From: a candidate division WOR-3 bacterium
Lineage (GTDB): Bacteria > Hydrothermota > Tepidihabitantia > Tepidihabitantales > JBDRVQ01
Direction of reading: 5' to 3'
DNA: 41,150 bases
NCBI GenBank assembly: GCA_039802085.1
Contig: JBDRVU010000002.1
Span: forward strand, 1-41,150
Below, piece after piece: positions 34,315 through 40,854 of the stretch. The position numbers were made by a program, and so were the translations under genes. The notes under the pieces were generated by a model. That model ran no database searches and was not told the DNA's origin. It was given only the letters and a program-made list of their open reading frames with translations. Every line of letters begins with the position of its first letter. The stretch's first letter is position 1.

Positions 34315-34342
34315 TTGGCATCTATGCCAAAAATTTTGGCAT
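34315..34342. promoter_or_regulatory. candidate enhancer (UAS): palindrome TTGGCAT-ct-ATGCCAA plus a third TTGGCAT half-site
   Basis: Palindrome at 34315-34330 with 7-bp arms, and a TTGGCAT half-site at 34336-34342. It is centred about 115 bp upstream of the predicted sigma-54 transcription start, the usual range for bEBP binding sites. Confidence 0.5.
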
Positions 34343-34411
34343 TTTGGATTAAAAGCAAATAGTCAATTTTATAAGTATTTGATTTTTAATGATTTATTTT
34401 AATTATGGATT

Positions 34412-34427
34412 TGGCACGATTTTTGCT
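34412..34427 (+). promoter_or_regulatory. sigma-54 (RpoN) promoter TGGCACGATTTTTGCT
   Basis: Matches the TGGCACG-N4-TTGC(A/T) consensus at every specified position. GG is at 34413-14 and GC at 34425-26, giving correct -24/-12 spacing. It lies in an AT-rich intergenic region. Confidence 0.75.
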
Positions 34428-34437
34428 ACCTAAATAG

Positions 34438-34519
34438 GTAGGGTCTCTCAAGTGCTAAGGGGGTGCCTAAACTAATTCTGGCACTTCTGATAAAAAAAGG
34501 GGCTTTGGCCCCTTTTTTT
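34438..34519 (+). ncRNA. candidate sigma-54-dependent small RNA (~80 nt)
   Basis: It runs from the predicted TSS (about 12 nt after the -12 GC) to the terminator: GGUAGGGUCUCUCAAGUGCUAAGGGGGUGCCUAAACUAAUUCUGGCACUUCUGAUAAAAAAAGGGGCUUUGGCCCCUUUUUUU. There is no ORF. Two stems compete for the same 3' arm: AAGUGC/GCACUU and GUGCC/GGCAC. All downstream genes are on the other strand. I do not recognise it as any Rfam family. Confidence 0.5.
34492..34519. terminator. bidirectional Rho-independent terminator
   Basis: AAAAAAA GGGGC tttg GCCCC TTTTTTT. On the minus strand it sits 4 nt after the stop of the 34524..34958 gene, the end of the kinase-to-NTF2-like operon. On the plus strand it ends the sRNA candidate. 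Confidence 0.85.
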
Positions 34520-34523
34520 ATTT

Positions 34524-34958
34524 TTATTCAGAAGCCGAAATTATATACCAGTGATTATCTTCCTTTATCAGATAGATAACGAGAGGCGAGGCATAAAGTA
34601 ATTCCTCGCCATAATTTCTTTCTTTTCCCAATACCCGAACATAAAGACTGCATCGGGCAAATGGTTTTTCTACATTTAATTTCCGAAATGGTAAAAATAC
34701 CCTTATCTCGTCGTATAATTGAAAATTCTGCCGGAAAAAAGATATTAGACCGTAATAGTCATGGCCCCAGGCGTCAAGATAATCAAAAGATAAGAGCTCC
34801 GTAATTGTCTTCAATTCTCTTTTTTCTATTGCCCCTCTCCCTTTTTCCACTAAACGAAAGATAATCTCTCGGTCCGAAGGGAAAAGAATCTTTATTGCCC
34901 TTAAAGAGACGATAATAATTATCACCATTAAAAGAGAAATAGAGAAAAATCGCTTCAT
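34524..34958 (-). CDS. membrane-anchored hypothetical protein (NTF2-like fold suspected)
   Basis: 144 aa with an N-terminal TM/signal anchor (SISLLMVIIIIVSL). The remainder has the size and pattern of SnoaL/DUF4440-like proteins (...NHWYIISA), which is weak evidence. Confidence 0.5.
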   Translation of the reverse strand: MKRFFSISLLMVIIIIVSLRAIKILFPSDREIIFRLVEKGRGAIEKRELKTITELLSFDYLDAWGHDYYGLISFFRQNFQLYDEIRVFLPFRKLNVEKPFARCSLYVRVLGKERNYGEELLYASPLVIYLIKEDNHWYIISASE

Positions 34959-34985
34959 CTTTTAAGATGGGTTCTTTCTAAGAAC

Positions 34986-36641
34986 CTATTTTAGTAATAA
35001 TCGCCCTAAATTTTCTCCGTCCGGTTTGAAGGTTTCCGAAAGGGGTGGTTGAAAAAATAGGGATAGGGAATCATCCGGAGAGTAGCGATAGAGATTAAAG
35101 CCTATCTCTTTTCTTTCTCCGGTGTTAAAATTGGAAAACGGTAAAGAGATTTCCGCCTGCCAATATTTTTCCCCGACCACGGTCTTTATCTCGTACTTTC
35201 CATCCCAGGCTCTCCGGCGATATTTTCCCTTTTCTCGGATGTAGCACCAATCCAGAATAAAACCGAGGGGGTTAAAGGAGATTTCGTAGATGGTATCGGG
35301 TTGAGGACTAAAAAGGACTGAGACGAAATCATCTTCCTTGATTAGTCCATCCCTTTCTCGTACCCGAGTTTTTATCTTCTGCTCATAATTTAAGAGGGCA
35401 ATATAGATATTTGAAGAATCATAACCTAAAAATAGGGTGGATTTTAATTTTGCCTTCTTACCTTTCTCATCGCTAAACTGAATAATACCGCCCTGCCATT
35501 CCTTCAGTTCGCCATCAATTTTTGGGTTAATTTTATTGAGAGAAATCTCCCTTTTTAAGGGCAAGAGCTTTTTGATTACCTCTTCCTTCCCTTCTCTTTC
35601 ATAAGAGAAGATTAATTCTGGTAGGGGAAAAATTTCTTCTTTTAAGGAAACCGAGAAAGGGAAAAAGCCCTTACCTCTGGGTGAGAGATAAAACTTCGCC
35701 TTGGGTGGAGCAATATCCCAAGCATAAGTTTCCCATTTTATCTCCCCCTTTATTTCATAAGAGTAGGGATTTTCTATACCCACGTTCACTTCTGGATTGC
35801 TTTTGGTAAAAGGAGAGATGCTGATGCGCTCTGAGGTTAAACTCTCTTCCTCCATCTCTTTCAGACTAACAACCTCCGGGGCAAAGATTGAACCCGGTTT
35901 GATTACCAAGATATCTACTCTCTTCTTAGTAACTTCCCCTAAGAGATAATTAGGAAATGCCCCTCTTTTTTCTTCGGTTATTCCCTTCAATTTTGCCCCG
36001 GTTGGTCCAACTTGAAAATATCTTACACTATCCATCTGGTAAAAGGTATAAAAGCCGTCGTGAGCGGAAAAGAAATAGTCAACGCCCAATTGGGAAAGGA
36101 TTTTATGCAGACCCCACTTTTCTTTCAGAAGCCGCCAGTAAGAGCGATGAGCGAAAATAAAGGTATATCTCGCCCGTCGAGAAAGGGACAAATCTTCTCT
36201 TAACCAGTCAATCATCTCTTTAGGCACATCTGTATATTTAGTAAAACGGGAAAAGTCTAAAATGACAAAATGACAATTATCGTAGTTAAAGGAATAGTAA
36301 GTCTTATTAAAATATCGAAGATAAATCTCTTCTGACTTTTCATCCCAAATATCTTCGCTCCCCGGGCAAAGATAATAAGGGATTCCTAATCGGGAAAAGG
36401 TCCTTTGGATATTCTCCCACTCCCTTTTTATTACCAAGGTATCAGCGCCCTTACCTTTAATCAGGTTTCCTAAATGGATAATAAAGTCCGGCTTCAGGAG
36501 TTTAATTTCTTTTAAGACCGTCTCAAATGTCTCCGGCGCGCCAAGAGGGGTTCTATCACCCAAGACGCAAAACTTAAAGGCATAAGTGAAACTACTAAGG
36601 GAGAAGTAGAGAATAAAGAGTAGTTTTGCTTTATTTCTCAC
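34986..36641 (-). CDS. secreted metallophosphoesterase with a C-terminal CBM9/DOMON-like domain
   Basis: 551 aa with a signal peptide. Calcineurin-like motifs: FCVLGDRTP, IIHLGNLI, PGSEDIW, FAHRSYW. The C-terminal half carries KIDGELKEW... and ...WQAEISLPF, typical of family-9-like carbohydrate-binding modules. Confidence 0.7.
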   Translation of the reverse strand: MRNKAKLLFILYFSLSSFTYAFKFCVLGDRTPLGAPETFETVLKEIKLLKPDFIIHLGNLIKGKGADTLVIKREWENIQRTFSRLGIPYYLCPGSEDIWDEKSEEIYLRYFNKTYYSFNYDNCHFVILDFSRFTKYTDVPKEMIDWLREDLSLSRRARYTFIFAHRSYWRLLKEKWGLHKILSQLGVDYFFSAHDGFYTFYQMDSVRYFQVGPTGAKLKGITEEKRGAFPNYLLGEVTKKRVDILVIKPGSIFAPEVVSLKEMEEESLTSERISISPFTKSNPEVNVGIENPYSYEIKGEIKWETYAWDIAPPKAKFYLSPRGKGFFPFSVSLKEEIFPLPELIFSYEREGKEEVIKKLLPLKREISLNKINPKIDGELKEWQGGIIQFSDEKGKKAKLKSTLFLGYDSSNIYIALLNYEQKIKTRVRERDGLIKEDDFVSVLFSPQPDTIYEISFNPLGFILDWCYIREKGKYRRRAWDGKYEIKTVVGEKYWQAEISLPFSNFNTGERKEIGFNLYRYSPDDSLSLFFQPPLSETFKPDGENLGRLLLK

Positions 36642-36647
36642 TAAGAT

Positions 36648-37388
36648 TTAGAACATCCCGCCGTCAATCCGGATCACCTGAGCGGTGATGTAAGAGGCAA
36701 AATCCGAAGCCAAAAAGAGGCAGAGGTTAGCTACCTCCTCCGGTGTGCCTGGTCGCCCGAGTGGGATATTTTTAATGTATCTTTCTTTAATCTCCGGAGG
36801 CAAAGAATTAGTCATCGGTGTTAAAATGAAACCGGGAGCGATACAATTGACCGTAATATTTCGGGAAGCAACCTCCTTCGCTACTGATTTGGTAAAACCG
36901 ATTATTCCTGCTTTCGCCGCGGCATAATTTGCCTGTCCGGGATTACCCATCTCTCCAATCACCGAAGAGATATTAATTATCCTTCCCCATTTCTCTCTTA
37001 GGAGATATTTTAAGACCGCCCGGGTAAAGTTAAAGGTCCCTTTTAAATTCACCGCTATCACTTTATCAAAATCATCTTCCTTCATTCGGAGCAATAGGTT
37101 ATCCCGAGTAATGCCGGCATTATTGACTAAAATCTCAATCCCGCCGAAACTCTTCGCAATCTGTTCAACCAATTTTTCTACTTCTAAAAAATTACTAACA
37201 TCAACCGGATAGGCTAAACCTTTACCTCCGATAATTTCAATCTCTTTTAGGGTAAGGTTTGCCGCTTCGGGATTGATGTCGCAGACCGCAATTAAACCAC
37301 CACCCTCGGCAAATTTCTTAGCAATCACCTTTCCAATTCCGGAACCGGCACCAGTGACAATTATCTTCTTTCCCTTAAAGTTAAACAT
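36648..37388 (-). CDS. fabG: SDR-family 3-oxoacyl-[ACP] reductase (FabG-like)
   Basis: 246 aa. TGAGSGIG, NNAGITRD, S...YAAAKAG catalytic tetrad context, and a C-terminal GQVIRIDGG-type motif. The start overlaps the upstream stop (TAATG). No other fab genes are nearby. Confidence 0.85.
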   Translation of the reverse strand: MFNFKGKKIIVTGAGSGIGKVIAKKFAEGGGLIAVCDINPEAANLTLKEIEIIGGKGLAYPVDVSNFLEVEKLVEQIAKSFGGIEILVNNAGITRDNLLLRMKEDDFDKVIAVNLKGTFNFTRAVLKYLLREKWGRIINISSVIGEMGNPGQANYAAAKAGIIGFTKSVAKEVASRNITVNCIAPGFILTPMTNSLPPEIKERYIKNIPLGRPGTPEEVANLCLFLASDFASYITAQVIRIDGGMF

Positions 37389-39025
37389 TATTTCGCCACA
37401 CTTAAAAATCCCCGACGCCTCTCTCCGGAGACTTCAATAATATAAAAATAGAGACCACCCGCCACCTCTCTCCCCCGAGAGTTCTTTAAATCCCAGTAGG
37501 CGGTCCTCTTCTCCGCTACCCCTTCAATCGTCTTTACATGCTCACCGGAAAGAGTATAAATGTGTACCTTAAAGGGTGGCTTTTCTCTTATCCTTTCCGT
37601 ATCCGAAGGGCAGTAATAGATTTTTAATTCTTGGTTATCTTTTTTCAAGAAAGGGTTAGGATAGGCATAAAACTTTCCCAAAAGGATTGGGGAAATTGCT
37701 AAATCCGCGCTCATCGCCTCACCCGCCGATGAGATATTTCTTACCCGAACACCAGAAGGGAGACCTGAATAAAAATCGGAGTTGGGGATTGTCCATTCCG
37801 TAAGACCAGCGGTATCATCCTTCCATAAATCGCTCTCATCTCCCCAGGAAGAAGAGGGGAGAGAAAAACCCCTCTTTTTCGGTCGGAGGATACCAACGAG
37901 GGGATTTCTTTCGTTATCATTACCAGCCCTCCCTTCATCAATATGTAAAATCAAAAGCCCGGAACCAGGAAGTCCAGAATCGAATCCTCGCCGATAGCGA
38001 TTTTCCACTAAAAAATATTCGCCGGTGCCGGGATTTTCAAAAGACCAATCCACCCCAAGAGGGTTTTCCAAAAGGCGATAGGCAAATGGAGAATCACAGA
38101 CTGCCGGTAAGGTAGCATTTGGTTTCTCTTCTAAATAACCCTTTTGCAAGGAATCTAAAGAAACCCAACCAAGAAGATATTTACACCAAGAGACTGGATG
38201 AACCGGTGAACTACCAGGAAGAGAACCTCCGTCCTTTCTTGCCCAACTACCCGCGGCCATCAGACAGAAAATTCCTAAACCATTACTGGAATAGTCGGTA
38301 TCGTAAAGGTCCGGAAGACCTAAGATGTGACCCAACTCGTGGGCGAAAACCCCGATCGTCATTAAATTGCCATCAGCAAATTTCTCCGGTTGTAAAGTGT
38401 AGGCATCAATAGAGATACCGTCCTGGGTTAGATAAGAACCAGGGCAACCCGTAGAATTATCGGAAAGTTGCCACTTATGAGACCAGAAGTCTCTCTTATT
38501 ACCGGTCTCTTCGGCTCCGGGTCCGGCATGAACAATAATCAGACAATCAACATAGCCATCACCATCATTATCAAAATCCCGAAAATTCACCTCCGGGTCA
38601 ATTTTGGGAATTAGGTCATAAACTAATCCCTGAGAATTATTAGGAAAATCACGAAAGACACCAAAGGAATCCCCAACATAAAAAGAATAGGTCTTATCCA
38701 TCCTCTGCCACTGGCTAACTACCCCTTCTAAGAAGAGGTTGCCATAAGAGACTTCTTCATAATAATCCCTTAAAGAATAATTTCCTACCCCAAAGAGCCG
38801 GTTATTAAAATCGGCTGGGGAATAAGTATGGCTATTATCCGAGAAATCACAGAGGATGACAAGATTTTTCCTCATCTCCTTTTTAATCCTTCTCACCTTC
38901 TCTGGTTTTTCCACCCCTTTTGGGAATATTATCTTGGGGATTTCAACCCTACTAAAAGGATTTGGAGGACAGGCAAAAAGGAAAGGGTAGAAAAGCAAGC
39001 CGATAATTTTTACCTTACTTCTCAT
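37388..39025 (-). CDS. M6-family (immune inhibitor A-like) metalloprotease lipoprotein with T9SS/FlgD-Ig-like C-terminal domain
   Basis: FAHELGHILGLPDLYD (HExxH plus downstream D) and the upstream SLRDYYEEVSYG and DGYVDCLIIVHAG blocks are typical of the M6 domain. The start is set at MRSKVKIIGLLFYPFLFAC (lipobox); the track start is 39043. The C-terminus LKIYY...HIYTLSGEHV...GGLYFYIIEV matches the sorting-domain pattern. Confidence 0.8.
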   Translation of the reverse strand: MRSKVKIIGLLFYPFLFACPPNPFSRVEIPKIIFPKGVEKPEKVRRIKKEMRKNLVILCDFSDNSHTYSPADFNNRLFGVGNYSLRDYYEEVSYGNLFLEGVVSQWQRMDKTYSFYVGDSFGVFRDFPNNSQGLVYDLIPKIDPEVNFRDFDNDGDGYVDCLIIVHAGPGAEETGNKRDFWSHKWQLSDNSTGCPGSYLTQDGISIDAYTLQPEKFADGNLMTIGVFAHELGHILGLPDLYDTDYSSNGLGIFCLMAAGSWARKDGGSLPGSSPVHPVSWCKYLLGWVSLDSLQKGYLEEKPNATLPAVCDSPFAYRLLENPLGVDWSFENPGTGEYFLVENRYRRGFDSGLPGSGLLILHIDEGRAGNDNERNPLVGILRPKKRGFSLPSSSWGDESDLWKDDTAGLTEWTIPNSDFYSGLPSGVRVRNISSAGEAMSADLAISPILLGKFYAYPNPFLKKDNQELKIYYCPSDTERIREKPPFKVHIYTLSGEHVKTIEGVAEKRTAYWDLKNSRGREVAGGLYFYIIEVSGERRRGFLSVAK

Positions 39026-39458
39026 CCGGAGGGGTTGGTTCATCCGCGGAAGGCGCTGCCTCGTTTTTTGTCTCCTTCCTGGTCACTTCGGAAATCTTTG
39101 CCAATAGAGTTGGCATATCCGCTGGCTTTGGAATATAAGCATCGGCACCCATCTCAAGACCTCTTTCTCGGTCCTGAGACCCAGTCCGGGCAGTAATCAT
39201 AATTATCGGTATCTCCTTAGTTATGTCATTCATCTTTAAGAGCCGGCAAACAGTATAGCCATCCAGTTTGGGGAGCATTAAATCAAGAAGAATCACATCC
39301 GGTTTTTGGGTCCGGGCTAAGCTAACCGCCATAAGGCCATCACCCGCGGTTAAGACTTCATAACCGGCCTCTTCCAGGCGAAACTTCATTAATTCCCTTA
39401 GATTTACCTCATCCTCAACCAGAAGAATTCTTTTCTTAGTCGCCGGTTCAGTATTCAT
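39015..39458 (-). CDS. stand-alone response-regulator receiver protein with an acidic/Pro-rich tail
   Basis: 147 aa. ILLVEDE, phospho-acceptor context VILLDLMLPKLDG, MITA, YIPKP. There is no output domain. The last ~25 aa are KETKNEAAPSADEPTPPDEK. Confidence 0.9.
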   Translation of the reverse strand: MNTEPATKKRILLVEDEVNLRELMKFRLEEAGYEVLTAGDGLMAVSLARTQKPDVILLDLMLPKLDGYTVCRLLKMNDITKEIPIIMITARTGSQDRERGLEMGADAYIPKPADMPTLLAKISEVTRKETKNEAAPSADEPTPPDEK

Positions 39459-40602
39459 TCTCTTTTCCCAGCTCGCCTTTGGCGAAGTCTCGCTTCGCGG
39501 AAGACGGATTCACTAACGGTATAACAAAATTGAAAGTAGCACCACTACCCTTTTTACTCTCAACCCATATCTCCCCTTTATGAAGATGGATAAACTCTTT
39601 AACAATCGTCAAGCCGATACCAATTCCTTTAGTTCCTTCCCGGGCGCGACCGCGCTCAAACATCTCAAAAATTTTATCCTTATCTTCTTCGACAATCCCT
39701 GGTCCGAAGTCAATCACCGAAACCATAAGGTATTTCTCAGTAGGTGGTAACCTGCGCCCTAAAATATTTTTATCTCCCTGATCAAGAAGCTGCACTCTAA
39801 TAATGACCTTTTCTCCTTCTGGGGAAAATTTTATCGCATTCTCTAAAAGATTGATTAAGACCGAGGTGAGCTGGTCAGGGTCGGCTAAAAAGGAAGGTAG
39901 AAAATTTGGAATTTCTTCTACAACATAAATCCTTTTCTTCTGCAGGAGAAAAGAGAGAGAGGATATTGCCTTCTTAACAATATCCTTGATTTTAACCTCG
40001 TCGGGTTTGGGAAAAACCTTCCCCCGGACAATCCTCGTCACATCAATCAAATTCCGGGTGATGCGCTCTAACCTTATCACCTCTTCCTCCGCCAGAGATA
40101 GAAAACGTAAAAGATAATCCTCCAACTTCCCACTCCCTTTTTCTCTTATAATACTAATCGTCTCCTTTATCGTGGCTAATGGCGAAAGGATCTCGTGAGA
40201 AACTTTACCTAAAATATCAATTTGACTCTTTTCAATTTCCTTCCAAAAGGTGATGTCTCGGAAATAAAAAATTGATTTCCCCTGGTTCTCCTTACAAGAA
40301 CAGACCCAGAGTTCACATTCCAGTTCTTTCCCTGCCTTAGTGAAGAGTTTTACTTCTAAATGGAAGGGGAAAGTGTGGTGTGCAGACTTATCAAATGCCG
40401 GACTTAAAAGAGATAGATGCTTCTCCGAAACCAAACGATTGATAGGCATACCCTCTAATTCCTTTGCCGAATACCCAGTCATTTCTTCCAGCCGGCGATT
40501 ATGGAATATGATTTTGCCTCCGGCGAGAATCGCTATACCATCAACCGCACCTTCTAGGATATCTCCTAAAAAATCCGGGCTAGGCTTTTTCATTTTCATC
40601 AT
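39448..40602 (-). CDS. cytoplasmic PAS-domain sensor histidine kinase
   Basis: 384 aa with no TM segment. PAS (IIFHNRRLEEMTGYSAKEL), H-box VSHEILSPLATI, N-box LINLLENAIKFSP, G1 DFGPGI, G2 GIGIGLTIVK. The 3' end overlaps the receiver start by 11 nt. The C-terminal tail is encoded by the 26-nt repeat. Confidence 0.9.
   Translation of the reverse strand: MMKMKKPSPDFLGDILEGAVDGIAILAGGKIIFHNRRLEEMTGYSAKELEGMPINRLVSEKHLSLLSPAFDKSAHHTFPFHLEVKLFTKAGKELECELWVCSCKENQGKSIFYFRDITFWKEIEKSQIDILGKVSHEILSPLATIKETISIIREKGSGKLEDYLLRFLSLAEEEVIRLERITRNLIDVTRIVRGKVFPKPDEVKIKDIVKKAISSLSFLLQKKRIYVVEEIPNFLPSFLADPDQLTSVLINLLENAIKFSPEGEKVIIRVQLLDQGDKNILGRRLPPTEKYLMVSVIDFGPGIVEEDKDKIFEMFERGRAREGTKGIGIGLTIVKEFIHLHKGEIWVESKKGSGATFNFVIPLVNPSSAKRDFAKGELGKENEY
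39473..39498 (-). repeat. 26-nt dual-hairpin repeat, copy 1 (14 nt upstream of the receiver ATG, inside the kinase 3' end)
   Basis: + strand tcgcctttggcgaagtctcgcttcgc, identical to 40602-40627. In mRNA sense it reads GCGAAGCGAGACUUCGCCAAAGGCGA. Hairpin A is GCGAAG/CUUCGC and hairpin B is UCGCC/GGCGA. They share 4 nt, so they are mutually exclusive. Confidence 0.8.
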
Positions 40603-40720
40603 CGCCTTTGGCGAAGTCTCGCTTCGCAGATATCCCTAATGCTTCCTCGCCTCGCCAGACTGAGTCTGCTGGTTTTTTCTCCATCAAAAAATCCAACCGG
40701 AACATATAAAACCTCTTCAT
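40580..40720 (-). CDS. candidate 46-aa upstream ORF overlapping the kinase start
   Basis: MKRFYMFRLDFLMEKKPADSVWRGEEALGISAKRDFAKGDDENEKA*. The ATG lies 10 nt after a -10 box. It ends 23 nt inside the kinase ORF in another frame. It shares the SAKRDFAKG tail with the kinase through the repeat. The track's longer 69-aa version would start upstream of the promoter. Confidence 0.4.
   Translation of the reverse strand: MKRFYMFRLDFLMEKKPADSVWRGEEALGISAKRDFAKGDDENEKA
40602..40627 (-). repeat. 26-nt dual-hairpin repeat, copy 2 (abuts the kinase ATG, inside the uORF 3' end)
   Basis: Identical 26-mer. Its last mRNA nucleotide is the A of the kinase start codon (GGCGAUGAUG). Confidence 0.8.
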
Positions 40721-40730
40721 ATTAACCCCT

Positions 40731-40758
40731 ATTTTATTAAAAAAATAATTTTTGTCAA
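40731..40758 (-). promoter_or_regulatory. sigma-70-type promoter of the kinase operon: TTGACA-16-TAAAAT
   Basis: The reverse complement reads TTGACA(40758-53) aaaattatttttttaa TAAAAT(40736-31) aggggttaat ATG(40720). Confidence 0.55.
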
Positions 40759-40818
40759 TAGTTCTTGGCAAGCGGTCGGAAGAAGTCATTGTTCTCTTCG
40801 GATTAAAGTCAGTGCCTG

Positions 40819-40846
40819 TTGACAGGAGATGTTTCTTATTTATAAT
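40819..40846 (+). promoter_or_regulatory. perfect consensus sigma-70 promoter TTGACA-16-TATAAT, ATG 8 nt after the -10
   Basis: TTGACA(40819-24) ggagatgtttcttatt TATAAT(40841-46) aggtcttt ATG(40855). No SD. Confidence 0.65.
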
Positions 40847-40854
40847 AGGTCTTT

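Noticed and set aside
33827-34523. The 700-bp ORF-free island might hide a standard RNA gene (tRNA, tmRNA, RNase P RNA, SRP RNA).
   Set aside because: None of the expected signatures is present: no T-loop GTTCRANYC with an acceptor stem, no GGAAAGUCC(GGG) P4 signature, no tmRNA 5' GGGG...UUCGAC or tag ORF, and no SRP GGAA/AGCA domain-IV motif. A 6S-like RNA cannot be excluded by eye.
39473-40627. The 26-nt direct repeats could be target-site duplications or ends of a mobile element carrying the kinase.
   Set aside because: There is no transposase, integrase or terminal inverted repeat between them. 26 nt is too long for a typical TSD. The intervening DNA is exactly one operon-embedded gene that overlaps both neighbours.
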